Shown here piece after piece: positions 52,880 through 64,000 of a stretch of DNA of 64,000 nucleotides (positions are counted from its first letter, which is position 1; each line of letters starts with the position of its first letter). The translations under genes and the position numbers were made by a program. Below the pieces are notes generated by a model. It was not told where the DNA came from. It made no database searches and saw only the letters and a program-made list of their open reading frames with translations. Source of the stretch: Bugula neritina. Its lineage: Eukaryota > Animalia > Bryozoa. The stretch spans positions 14,312,722-14,376,721 of the forward strand of contig OZ037766.1 in assembly GCA_964035545.1 (NCBI GenBank). Reading direction: 5' to 3'.

Positions 52880-54660
52880 ATACAATTAAACAAAGTAGTA
52901 GGGCCTGAAAGAGCACTACCTTAATACAATTACACCTAAGTAATCATACGCTGTTCCAATATACATCAATGATATTCTACGTACTAAAGGTAAGCTGTGA
53001 CGTAAATCTATATGCTGACAATACTCTATTATATCAGCCAATTCATCAAAAGCAAAAAGCTGTCTGTTTCCAGAAAAACATCAATGCTATACACAAATAG
53101 CATTTAAAAAAAGAAATGTAAGCATGGTGACCAACATACAAGCTAACAGAAATTGAGATGTATTGTGTTGACAGAACAGTGTACCTGTGTACGATTAGGC
53201 AGTCAAATTTCAAAGTAACGATGAACACTCAAGAAAGAGAATGTTTCAAAAATTTTAGAGCAAATTTAAATGAGCATCTTAAAAGTTGACTAATGCCTCA
53301 TATAAGCTTGTGCCACTCTATACTAGAACACATGAATACTAGGAGGAATCCAAAATTAGCCAAAGACGGAATAATAGCTTATTCAGACACGACAAATTTG
53401 CATTCGTTGGGTCCAACAAATGCCCAACGAACAATCATTGCACCTTTTTGTTGAACCAAATGAAGTAGTAGTGTATAGTTGCTTAGCAACGGTACTTTAC
53501 TAGTAAAGTTGTTACTGGTTGAACTTAAGCACAGTTGTGCGATAACAAAGTAAAAATTTTGAGTTAATAAAATAATCAAATATGACAAATTTAAATTATA
53601 ACAAATTAAAAATTTATTAGCTAAACAAAAGTTGAAATTTTAGTAAATTTGTGTTTAACAACAGTTGGATTATGAAAAGTAAATGAAAATGACATGCGAA
53701 ACTGAATGCCGTGTTCGTGTTTTTATACCAAACTCAAACTGATTATTTACTCTTTTGTAGCCTTTCACTACTTATTACTTATATTTTTTATTGTTGCTAA
53801 ATAAAAAATTAAAATGTCCTGTTTTATTGTATTTTCTTCATAAAAGAACTATTGCTAAAACGGTTTTAGCTGAACTAAGTATAACATAAAACTAAATAGA
53901 AGCTGGCAGTGACTACTTTATGTAAAATGATTCAGTTGCATAAATTTCAATTTAACCATACAATTATTTTTTTAAATTACTGCTACTCATTGTGCACATC
54001 GACTCAGTTGTTTACGTTCATCTTTCTAGTCGTCATCATAAAGATCATGCAGTGCAGCTATTCTAGCTCTGCCAAACAACCTACTTCTGCCATGAAAACT
54101 GCTTGAAATAATTTTGAGATGCTGCTGATTGGTAAAATAATATGCTTCCTACAAATTTATCCAATTTAAACAATTATTATTTATTACTATTGATAATACT
54201 AAAATATTGATTATTTAATTTAGTTACAAGCAATGCTGCTTGCACAAACTGTTTGCCATGTGCATTATGCAAAATAAACAAAATCTGCATTCGTCTTGCC
54301 ATTATGGCCCGCTATTCGTCCAATTCATTGACGGTCTGAATAAGTTATAATACAGCACAGCACTGTTTGGTTCATTGATGAACTAAGAGGCAGCGAGACT
54401 GTCAAAATCACATGCTAGAAACTTGGCCTTCATCCTTTTAAGAGAACAGATATGCAAGAATCACGTCACCCACCAACTTTTTTGAATAAAAATCCCACAA
54501 TGAGAAAAGCACTAACCGACACTTGTAATACCAATAGCATGAGCATAAGATAAAACTACTAGCTACTACCAAAATATGACATTAACCACTACCCATAGGT
54601 CTGCTGCCTGTAGTGAACTGGCATTTATATCCTCAATTTCAGGAGAACACATATTTATAA
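52880..54660 (+). mobile_element. Highly decayed LINE RT 3' fragment, interrupted by a MITE
   Basis: LYADNTLLYQP near 53010 and VWFIDELRG...KLGLHP near 54365 parallel the LINE at 27.4-28.3 kb. Boundaries approximate. Confidence 0.55.
53377..54346. mobile_element. Putative MITE
   Basis: 11-bp TIR CTTATTCAGAC / GTCTGAATAAG, ATAATA on both flanks, splits the LINE remnant. Confidence 0.55.
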
Positions 54661-55011
54661 TAGCAAACAGTGTTTAATTTACTTGAGCTTAGCCAAACGA
54701 ACTGCATATTGAGTTTGACATTGTAACTTCAGGCCAAATGAGGCACTCCTGCCACTGCTTATAAGTTATAACTATAAGTATAACATTAAATATAACCTAT
54801 AAGACTTACTCTAAGACCAAGTTTTACATATTACATTTACTATACGTATAACTATCGCTATAAAATTAGGTATAACTACTACTCTGTTTATTAGCATTGG
54901 TTATTTATTAAATTTGATTACTATTACCGTATTAGTATTACTAGATACAAGATTGTATTAGTATTACTATTAGTATAACTTCACTACAAGCGTAACCATA
55001 TAATTATATAT

Positions 55012-56947
55012 AGTGAGTGACAGGAAAGTACCTAGAGAAAGAGTCTTGGTGGTGGAATGAAGAAGTACAGTCAGCAGTAAAAGAAAAAAGAGATGCATGG
55101 AAAGAGTGGAAAATAGCAAGTGAAGAAAACAAAGAAGAAGCAAAAAAACGACACACCAGCCGGAACAAGACAAGCCAGGAAAAGGTAGCCATAGCAAAAC
55201 AAGCAGCATCAGAAAACTTATATGATGAATTAAACAAGAATGGATCAAAGATCATCCACCGCCTAGCTAAAACTAGACACCGGAGATCTAAGGATATTGA
55301 CAGAATACCTTTTGTCAAGGACGTAAATGGAAAGACCCTGTGTGAAGACGAGCAAATCAAAAAGAAATGGAAAAATTACTTTAATGGCCTACTAAATAAT
55401 GAGTACAACAGGGAGGAACTGCCACCGCAGTTACCAGTGCAAGGACCAATACCGGAAATCCATGAAGACGAAGTCAACACTCAAATAGAAAATATGAAAG
55501 CTAACAAAGCCACAGGGCCAGACCAGCTACCAATTGACATCATAAAGTTGCTGAAAGAGAGAGGAATTACATGGATGACAGTGTGTTTGAACAACATCAT
55601 CTCCGAAAGGATAACACCAATATATAAGCAGAAAAGAGACCCACTAGACTGTGGAAACTACAGGGGGATAAAACTGCTAAGCCACTGCCTCAAACTATTA
55701 GAGAGGATCATTGAACAGAGAATCAGAGAATTAGTTACAATCAAGCAAAATCAGTATGGATTTCCGAAAGGGAAATCAACCACAGAACCCATGTTCTGGC
55801 TCAGAATACTGCAGGAAAAGCACAGAGAGCACAACAAAGAGCTCCATATGGTGTTCGTGGACCTCGAAAAAGCCTATGACACTATACCACGTGAGTTAAT
55901 ATGGCACCGCCTACGGAAGCGAATGGTCCCAGAGCAGTACATCAACATCATAAAGGACATGTACAAAGATTGCAGCACCAGTGTTAGAACAGACTCTGGG
56001 TTGACAAGCGAAATCTAAATTGAAGTCGGATTACATCAGGGATCGGCACTAAGCCCAATGCTATTTATCATAATTATGGATGTCCTAGCAGAAGACATAA
56101 ACGAGGACAGCCCATGGGCAATGCTATTTGCCGATGATCTGGTCCTGTGCAACAGTAATAGAGAGAGATTAGAAAAAAAGTTAGAGATCTGGAGAGAGAA
56201 AATAGAGGCAGCAGGATTGAAGATAAGCCGAAAGAAAACGGAGCATCTGCCAGCAGCTGGAGACCAAGAAAACATCGGGATGAAGAAGTATGGTAGTCAG
56301 GTTATAGAAAGCCTGCCTAAGTGTTCCAAATTCAAGTACTTGGGCACAACAATCCACCAAGAGGGAGGCTGCCGGGGGGAGGTTGAGCTGAGAATATCCA
56401 AGGCTTGGAATAAGTGGAGAGAGCTGTCTGCTGTGCTCTGTGACAAGAAAATGCCCACAAAACTCAAAGTGCTGATTTACAAAATAGCTATCAGACCAAC
56501 CCTATTATACGAAAATGAGACTTGGCCCATCACAAAATCTCTGGCGGACAAGACGTCATCATGTGAAATGCCCATGCTGCAATACAGTTTGAATGTCAGT
56601 TTAGAAGATCATAAGCCAAATGAAAAAATAACAGCAGAAGCCAGAGTGATGCCGATTAAAGACCTGATGAGAAAAAGACGAATGCAGTGGTATGGACATG
56701 TTAGAAGAGAAAGTGAAGAAGACATACGGAGAGTGCCAGAGATGACAGTTGAGGGAGTTCGACCTAGGGGTAGACCAAAGCAAAGATGGTGTGATACAAT
56801 AAACTCAGACCTTAGATGGCTCAATCTAGATGGCGCAGATGCTGAAGATCGAGTTCGATGGAGATGTCTGGTAGAACTTGGTATCAAGCAAAAACCCGCC
56901 ACCCGCGCAAGACCACGGCGGTGAAAGGTGACCAAAGGTGACCAAAG
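55012..56947 (+). mobile_element. 5'-truncated RTE-clade LINE (RT, one in-frame stop)
   Basis: SWWWNEEV, NYRGIKLLSH, FVDLEKAYD, GLHQGSALSP, LFADD, WYGHV, RPRGRPK; TAA at 56016-56018; tail of AAAGGTGACC repeats. Confidence 0.88.
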
Positions 56948-56959
56948 TATAAAATAAAA

Positions 56960-58233
56960 GCATTATTCTGTATCTGTGTTGAGTTTCTAGACCCTCGAAA
57001 GGGAAGGAGACCTTCACGGAGAAGTGTTATGAAGGCGTGACTTAAGAGATTCTAAGGTCTCTTATTGTCCTAGGAAGGAAACTATTAAAGTATATGTTAA
57101 AATTTGCAAGTAATGAACGAGGCATATGTCTAGACATGTTACGTGCTAGGATAGATGGACAATTTGTTAGTTCTTAGAAGGTATTAATAATTTTAGAACA
57201 AACATTTTCATTAGCTAGGAATTGAAGGAGTAACTTTATACGGCTTGATTTTCTACGCGACTCCAACGTTTCTATATTTAGCTGTTCTCGAGCCTTGGTC
57301 ATACTTTGAATTCCTTTTAAACTCAATATAAAACGCAGTGCCTTGTTCTGGACTAGTTTTAGTTTGTGTATATCCTTTGAATAATGGGGGTCTCATCCCT
57401 CACCGGATTATTCTAGCACTGGTCTAACTAATGTTAGATACGCCAACATCTTAACTTTAGCAAGAGCATTATGTAATGTCGACTTTATGTAACCTAGGAT
57501 TTTAGTGGCTTTAGTGATTGTAGAGTTAATGTGTTTTTTCCATTTAAGACTATTGTTCATGTGAATACCAAGGTATTTTATGGTATCTGTAATAGTTAGT
57601 GTGGTGTTGCACAAATTGTATTTTATTGTATCTAAATCAAAATGGGTTTTGCCAAAAAATATCAAGCTACACTTAGTGGGATTAAACTTCATTTTCCATT
57701 GCAGAGCCCAGCTTTTTAACTGATGGAGATCATTCTGAAAAGACACAATAGATGATGGATTGACCAACGGTGAAAACATCAAAGTATCGTCAGCAAATAG
57801 TTTTATAAATGAGGAAATGGAATTGGATATATCATTAATGTATACTAGGAACAGTGATGGGCCAAGAACTGAAACTTGAGGGACACCAGACGATACTTTA
57901 GCTTTTTCAGACAAAGCTTCCTTTACTAACCCCCCCCCCCTGTTGATACCTATTTTTTAAAAAAGACACAATCCACTTTACTAATGCAGTTGGCATGTTA
58001 TATTGGCAAAGCTTTTTCAATAGTAAAGCATGAGAGACTTCATCAAGGGTTTTACAGAAATCTAGAGCTACGACTTGACTACAATAACCATTTTCAACTT
58101 GTTGAGCTATAGTATTAAGAGTGCTGGCAATCTGAGTGGCACATGAATGAGATTTTCTAAAACCATGTTGGTTAATACTAATTATATCATCAAGAAAAAT
58201 GTTCAATTGATGTAATATGATGTGTTCGAGTAC
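56960..58233 (-). mobile_element. Decayed LINE RT fragment, cut by the Gypsy insertion
   Basis: QHGFRK, SGVPQ, LFADD, KYLG, LVRPVLE; frameshift at the C run near 57930. Confidence 0.8.
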
Positions 58234-58539
58234 TGTGGTGGTTCGTGGAACTACCAGCAGCACGACATGTAGGGTCGCGTAATTGACCCGGAACAATGGA
58301 TAGCCAATTAGCGTAGTTGATAGTTAGCAGCAATTGTAGTTTCCCGCTGTTAACTCAGTCGAAGCTAGAGTGTGAAATAGATTAGATGTGTAACTTGTTT
58401 GAAATAATGTATCGTGTTTTTATAATGTATAGTTGTGTATAAAATATACTCGTTCACTCGACTTAGCCTGGTGCAGTTCTATAATAGATAAATAGACTCT
58501 CTGGATAGCACATCAACCCTAAATCTGAAAAATATAACA
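58234..58539 (+). repeat. Putative 5' LTR (306 bp)
   Basis: Starts TGT where the LINE frame breaks, ends ACA 1 nt before the PBS; second LTR not in window. Confidence 0.72.
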
Positions 58540-58540
58540 G

Positions 58541-58558
58541 TGGTGGCAGCGGTGGGAT
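58541..58558 (+). other. Primer-binding site, tRNA-Leu (AAG/TAG type)
   Basis: TGGTGGCAGCGGTGGGAT, complementary to the tRNA-Leu 3' end ATCCCACCGCTGCCACCA. Confidence 0.85.
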
Positions 58559-58570
58559 AGTGCATCCAAG

Positions 58571-59530
58571 ATGGAGACTGCAAATGCTGGAACTCAACCA
58601 CCGGCAATCGAAGGTGAGCGTAGAGACAATGCTGTAGAGACAATGCCTGTTAACCATGTAGTAGAAGAGCGAAGGGTTCCGCGAGAACTAGCTGAAGACC
58701 GCTACAGGTTAAAGGCGCCCACCTTCACGGGTGAAGAGGAGGTGGAACAATTTATCCAAGAGTTTAGCGACGTAATGGACGTCGCTCAGTGGCCCCCTAG
58801 GGTGGCCCTGCTGAAGCTTAGAATGGCATTGATGGACAAAGCCAAGCCCTATGGGCTGGGCGTAGACATTGATAATATCTTTGCTTCTCTGCGGGCCCGC
58901 TTTGGCCTTTCGGCTACAGATGCCAGGGCCCGATTACAGAGGTTGCGGCGTGATCCCCGCACCCCGCTGCGGGAGCATGCCGCCGCGGTCATGAAGCTGG
59001 CACAGATCGCGTACAGCGACTTGCCCCCAGTCAACCGCGAGAGGTACACCCTCGACGCTTTCATAGCATCTGTCGACGACCTGGGTCTCCACCACCAGTT
59101 TCTAGCTAGGGGAGTCACCACCGTTGAAGATGCTCTGACTGAGAGGGAAGCTTACCTCCTAGCTAACCAAATGCATAAAAGTCGCGGAAGCTCCCGCCAA
59201 GTGGAGATAGACCGCGCAGACACGGCCGCGGGACAAGGGGAGGAAACCCCCGCCGCGGCTGCCGTGTCCCAGTTGGCGACGGCATCAAAAGTCACTCAAC
59301 TGACGGACATGCTAGCCAAGCTGATAGCAACACTGACACCACAAAACCCAGTGAGTACCGCCCCTGAGCCCATGCGGCCATCGGCGCCGCCACAGGGAGA
59401 AACAGTCAGTTTTTGCTGGGAGTGCGGAAATCAAGGACATTTCCGCCGATATTGTCCCTTCCTAAATCAGGGGTTAAACTACCGCGGCCCGCAGATGTTC
59501 CCACCTTCCGCGGGCCGACGAAACCTCTAG
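58571..59530 (+). CDS. Gag, 319 aa
   Basis: Capsid-like region (APTFTG...FIQEF) and CCHC knuckle CWECGNQGHFRRYC. Confidence 0.88.
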   Translation: METANAGTQPPAIEGERRDNAVETMPVNHVVEERRVPRELAEDRYRLKAPTFTGEEEVEQFIQEFSDVMDVAQWPPRVALLKLRMALMDKAKPYGLGVDIDNIFASLRARFGLSATDARARLQRLRRDPRTPLREHAAAVMKLAQIAYSDLPPVNRERYTLDAFIASVDDLGLHHQFLARGVTTVEDALTEREAYLLANQMHKSRGSSRQVEIDRADTAAGQGEETPAAAAVSQLATASKVTQLTDMLAKLIATLTPQNPVSTAPEPMRPSAPPQGETVSFCWECGNQGHFRRYCPFLNQGLNYRGPQMFPPSAGRRNL

Positions 59531-62500
59531 GGAAGAAGAAACGCAGGTCACCCAGACGGGTACCGCGTACTGGCAACCAACAGTGGCAACAGCCACGACG
59601 GACCAGCAAGGGGCTTCGCCCCGCGGCTGCCTTTTCTATGCCCCTTCACAACAGATTCACAGGGCTACAAGTCCAAGAATCTGGATGGGAGCACACAAAG
59701 GTAGCTGAGAATCTAACCTCGGCACCCCCGAGGCCTACCTATCACCGCCCCAAGAGACCTCCTTCGCGACCCAAAGCGAGGGAGGTACTCCCTGCGAGAG
59801 TAAGGCCTGAAGGGAGAGTTCAGGTGCAGCCCCATGGGAACAGCTATTTCTTGCCCGGTAAACTGGAAGGCAAAGCTGTTACTTTTCTCATTGATTCGGG
59901 CTGTACCACAAACCTCTTAAGCCGCCAACTCTTCGACACCCTCAGTGCCAGGGTCAGGGGCGAGATGGAAGCATACGAAGGGGAATACGGCACCCTAGCT
60001 GACGGGTCGTGCCTTCCCTTCTATGGTATAATTGAGCTGACGGGACGAGTCCGCGATCAAACGATCCAAGAGACGTTCATCGTCAGTCAGCTCAAGGAGG
60101 ATGCTATCCTCGGGATGCCGTTCCTTAAACGGCACGGATGTCACATAGATTTTAGCAGATCTGCAATGATGATGTCCGGGCGGGAACTTGCCTGCGTCGA
60201 CAAGTTCGGCTGCCCTTTAGTGGGAGGTGTGCAAGTGGTACGCAACCGTACCATACCAGGCCGCTCCCGGGCTACCATTCACTGCAGGGTGAATAGTAGC
60301 CAGATCTCTGGACTCGGGGTGGTTGAAGGCGCGCACGAAAAGATCCAACTTGCCAGCAGTCTGAATCAGCTGACTGAGCAAGGGGAGATCTTAGTGCAGT
60401 GCGTCAACCCCTTTACCGAGCCTATCAAGCTCCCGGCTGGGTCGATGCTGGGTCGTTTTCACTCTGTTCAGGAGGGAGACGTAGGCCCGTCGCTGGGTGA
60501 CGCGACGGAGGCACCCCCTCGACACCCTATTCAGGGACGAGGGGCAGTCCCAACACATCTCCGGGAGTTATACGAAACAGCCAGTGGCGGCTGCGCGAGT
60601 AACAGAGAACGCCAAGCTATGGCCAAGTTACTACGCGACTACGGTGATGTGTTCAGCAGCGGAGAGCATGACGTGGGACTGACTGGAATTGTCAGACACG
60701 AAATACCGCTGACTGCAGGGACAGTCCCTGTCCGGCAGCCCACGCGCAGGCTGGGGCCGGAGAAAGAGAAGGAGGTTAGCCGACAAGTACGGGATCTTCT
60801 GGACCGGGGACTGATAGAGCCCGCCCATAGTGCGTGGAGCTCGCCAGTCGTACTGGTCCGGAAGAAAGACGGCAGTTGGCGGTTCTGTGTGGACTACCGC
60901 AAACTCAATAGCGTAACCATACAGGACGCCTACCCTCTACCTCGTATTGACGAGTCATTGGACGCCCTAGCCGGCAGCAAGTACTTCAGTACGTTAGACT
61001 TGCTAAGCGGCTATTGGCAGGTTCCTCTGAGTCCCGACGCCCAAGAGAAAGCGGCGTTTATCACACGGGACGGTTTGTGGAAGTGGAAGGTGCTGCCCTT
61101 CGGGTTAACCTCCGCCCCAGCCACCTTCCAGAGGCTGATGGAACAAGTCCTTAGCGGACTCCATTGGAAGACACTGCTGGTCTACCTCGATGATGTCATC
61201 GTAATCTCTCCAGACTTCGAGACACATGTCAGTCGTCTGCAGGAAGTTTTCGAGAGACTCCGAGGTGCCGGTCTTAAGCTCAAACCTTCCAAGTGCGCTC
61301 TATTGCAGCCGGAGGTCAAGTACCTGGGGCACGTTGTCGGTCGAAACGGCGTGGCAACGGATCCCGAGAAGGTACGGGCAGTAGAAGACTGGATCACCCC
61401 CCAAGACTTGACCGGACTCCGGGCTTTCTTGGGGCTGGTAGGGTATTACAGGCAATACATACCAGACTTTGCGGGCATAGCCCAGCCGTTAAACCGGCTT
61501 ACCGCAAAGGGAGTGACGTGGCAGTGGACTCCAGTCGAACAAGAAGCGTTCGACCGCCTCAAGGGCTGCCTCCTAACGGCGCCCATCTTGGCCTACCCAG
61601 ACCCCACTCTGGAGTACATCCTAGACACGGACGCCAGTGACCAGAATGTTGGCGCTGTGCTGTCACAAGTGCAGGAAGGCCGAGAAGTAGTAGTAGCCTA
61701 CTACAGCAAGTCTCTCTCTCCCGCTGAACGAAATTACTGCACTACCCGCAAGGAGCTGCTGGCAGTAATCAAGTCAGTGAAGCACTTCAGACCATACCTA
61801 TATGGCAGGAAGTTCCGGCTGCGTACGGATCATGCCTCGCTGATCTGGTTGTGCAGGAGAGCAGAGCCCTCTAGTCAGGTCGCCCGGTGGCTCGAAATCC
61901 TAGCTGAATTCTCGTACCGGATCGAACACCGGCCGGGCAAGAGACACAGCAATGCGGATGGGTTGAGTCGCCGACCTGACGGAGGTTGCAAACAGTGTCT
62001 CAACATCGAGAGGAGGGATGGAGGTCCCCCACGATGCGAGTTGGAGACGCTGGCTCATCACGGAGCACCGTTTGACTGGGATCAAGGTCAACTCAGGCAA
62101 AGAGTTGATGAGTCCCCGGAGGATGTACAAAACCTCCGCGCCAACCCTGTACTGGCCGGTAATGTTCGAGAGCTGAAGAAGCTCCAAGAAGAGCTGCCTG
62201 GAGTCGTGGCAGACATATACCGGGCCAAAAGGGAAGGGCGACGACCCAGCGAGGAACGCACACGACAGGAATGCGCCGAGTTCCGGCTATACTGTCAGCG
62301 TTGGGACTCGCTGCGGATCGGGCAGGATGGGTTGCTAACCATCTCTCTAGCTGCCAGCGGTAGACACCCGGAAAGGAAGAGGGTAGTCTGCCCAACAGCC
62401 ATCCGCCGTGAGTTGATTTGGGATACTCACAAGCAGGCCCACGCAGGGGTCAAGCGAGTGATATCCAAATTACGACTCCGATGGTATTGGCCACAGATGG

Positions 62501-63507
62501 AGCGTGACGTCCGGCTCAGAGTCAAACAGTGTGAGATCTGCCAGGCCAGTAAGCATAGCCGCCCCCCTGGTGAAGCAGGACGGCGGAGGCTATATGCTGG
62601 TAGGCCCTGGCAAGTAGTCGCTGTAGACCTGGTCGGACCCATGCCCCTGACCCCCAGAGGCAATAATTGGATCCTAGTACTAACCGACCACTTTACTAGG
62701 TGGGCGGATGCTCTGGCTATCCCAGATGCATCAGCCCCAACAGTGGCCAGGGCACTAGACCAACATGTATTCTGTTATTTTGGGCTTCCCGAACAGATAC
62801 ACTCTGATCAAGGCGCTCAATTCCAGTCTCAACTGATGAGCGACCTTTGCCACCTCTGGGGAGTAAATCAGAGCAGGACCACCCCCTACCACCCTCAAGG
62901 TAACGGGGTGGTGGAGCGCAACAACCGGATGCTAGGTGATGCGCTCCGGAGTCTCCTCCTTGGACGAGGTCAAGAGGAATGGGATACGGTGTTGCCGCAA
63001 GTCATGCGTGCATATCGTAGCACCCCACACACCAGTACTGGTGAGACCCCAAACCTCTTGATGCTCGGGAGAGAGACTCGTGTCCCTGACCATCTCACCT
63101 ATCACGTTCCAGAGCAAGATAACTCGGTTCACGAGTATGCCAGTGAACTAGTGGAACGGATGAAGGCCGCACACGATATACTGCGTCAACAGCAGTGGAA
63201 GGTGCGGCACGAAGATTCCGATGAACCCTCTCTCTATCAAAGGGGAGATAAGGTGTGGATGGTCAATTACCGTAGGCGCCGCGGACAGGCTGATAAGCTG
63301 AAGCCTAAGTTCGTAGGCCCCTACGTGGTCGTCGAGGCTATGCCCAATCATACGTACAAGATCGAGCGCTCAGGACAGGTATCTATCCAGAATGAGTCTC
63401 GCTTGAAACCGTATTGGGCTAGCCCCGGCGGAGTGGGAGAAGCCCCCCCCGTTGTTAGAGCCCAGGAGGCAGACAACAACGCGCGGGCGACGGCGGCATG
63501 GACCTGA
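59413..63507 (+). CDS. Pol (PR, RT, RNase H, IN) in the -1 frame relative to gag
   Basis: LIDSG, RFCVDYR, YLDD, DTDAS, HHCC, VDLVGP, HSDQG, ERNNR, FVGPY. Confidence 0.92.
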   Translation: MLGVRKSRTFPPILSLPKSGVKLPRPADVPTFRGPTKPLGKKKRRSPRRVPRTGNQQWQQPRRTSKGLRPAAAFSMPLHNRFTGLQVQESGWEHTKVAENLTSAPPRPTYHRPKRPPSRPKAREVLPARVRPEGRVQVQPHGNSYFLPGKLEGKAVTFLIDSGCTTNLLSRQLFDTLSARVRGEMEAYEGEYGTLADGSCLPFYGIIELTGRVRDQTIQETFIVSQLKEDAILGMPFLKRHGCHIDFSRSAMMMSGRELACVDKFGCPLVGGVQVVRNRTIPGRSRATIHCRVNSSQISGLGVVEGAHEKIQLASSLNQLTEQGEILVQCVNPFTEPIKLPAGSMLGRFHSVQEGDVGPSLGDATEAPPRHPIQGRGAVPTHLRELYETASGGCASNRERQAMAKLLRDYGDVFSSGEHDVGLTGIVRHEIPLTAGTVPVRQPTRRLGPEKEKEVSRQVRDLLDRGLIEPAHSAWSSPVVLVRKKDGSWRFCVDYRKLNSVTIQDAYPLPRIDESLDALAGSKYFSTLDLLSGYWQVPLSPDAQEKAAFITRDGLWKWKVLPFGLTSAPATFQRLMEQVLSGLHWKTLLVYLDDVIVISPDFETHVSRLQEVFERLRGAGLKLKPSKCALLQPEVKYLGHVVGRNGVATDPEKVRAVEDWITPQDLTGLRAFLGLVGYYRQYIPDFAGIAQPLNRLTAKGVTWQWTPVEQEAFDRLKGCLLTAPILAYPDPTLEYILDTDASDQNVGAVLSQVQEGREVVVAYYSKSLSPAERNYCTTRKELLAVIKSVKHFRPYLYGRKFRLRTDHASLIWLCRRAEPSSQVARWLEILAEFSYRIEHRPGKRHSNADGLSRRPDGGCKQCLNIERRDGGPPRCELETLAHHGAPFDWDQGQLRQRVDESPEDVQNLRANPVLAGNVRELKKLQEELPGVVADIYRAKREGRRPSEERTRQECAEFRLYCQRWDSLRIGQDGLLTISLAASGRHPERKRVVCPTAIRRELIWDTHKQAHAGVKRVISKLRLRWYWPQMERDVRLRVKQCEICQASKHSRPPGEAGRRRLYAGRPWQVVAVDLVGPMPLTPRGNNWILVLTDHFTRWADALAIPDASAPTVARALDQHVFCYFGLPEQIHSDQGAQFQSQLMSDLCHLWGVNQSRTTPYHPQGNGVVERNNRMLGDALRSLLLGRGQEEWDTVLPQVMRAYRSTPHTSTGETPNLLMLGRETRVPDHLTYHVPEQDNSVHEYASELVERMKAAHDILRQQQWKVRHEDSDEPSLYQRGDKVWMVNYRRRRGQADKLKPKFVGPYVVVEAMPNHTYKIERSGQVSIQNESRLKPYWASPGGVGEAPPVVRAQEADNNARATAAWT

Positions 63508-64000
63508 ATACGAAGTGGTCATACCGCGGGAAGAAAACTTGGTGAGAGAGGAGCGGCAGCTTCTACCAACAGAAGCGTGTCCGCCACCGCCAAGTCTAAT
63601 TCCATCACTTCCTGAAACCGAGCCGGTTCCGGAAGTGCAAACCCCCACGGAGGGAGGGGCTCCATCCGGAGAACAAGAAGAGGTGACCGCTGACGGTGAA
63701 GTAGAGACGCCATTAGAGGCCCCTACTAACGAACCGGCAAGCGTGTCACCCCCCCCTAGGAAGGGGACAGCGTACGAGGCAACCCCCCGCATACTTGAAG
63801 GACTTCGTATGTGACTGCGTTAAAAGCGGCACGCATGAAAGTCTAGGGGAAAGCCGTACGAGAAAAGAATCGAGCAAATGTGGGAGTTGTCAACACCACG
63901 GAAATATCAACTTTTACATCGGCGGAAATAGAAATAAAATTCATCCGCCGGGTGCACAAAGTCTTAATCACGCACCCCAACCACGTTGCTCGATCTTTTC

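Larger units (their letters stand above)
58234..64000 (+). mobile_element. GC-rich Ty3/Gypsy LTR retrotransposon (3' end outside window)
   Basis: Putative LTR 58234-58539, PBS, gag and overlapping pol in PR-RT-RH-IN order. Confidence 0.93.

Overview
AT-rich eukaryotic (invertebrate-animal-like) genomic DNA with GT-AG spliced genes among transposable elements. Host genes reconstructed by hand from splice sites and exon phase: PSMD12/Rpn5 (10 exons, -), a divergent class A GPCR (8 exons, -), a PAQR/membrane progestin receptor-like gene (-), HTRA2/Omi (6 exons, +), UNG (6 exons, -, with an E2F-type promoter), and two unrecognised genes (a Glu/Lys-rich protein ending in a basic-CCC tail; a coiled-coil plus transmembrane protein). 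Mobile DNA: a complete Ty3/Gypsy (Mag-like) element with identical LTRs beside a PSMD12 splice acceptor; an inverted pair of Penelope-like GIY-YIG fragments forming a ~920 bp hairpin with two hammerhead ribozymes; a near-intact Crack/L2-like LINE nested in an older LINE; an RTE LINE; a GC-rich Ty3/Gypsy element with a candidate -1 frameshift pseudoknot running off the window end; several MITEs and long microsatellites. A recurring degenerate 6-bp-periodic tract next to gene starts is not explained by any of these features. Family assignments come from motif recognition only; no searches were run.
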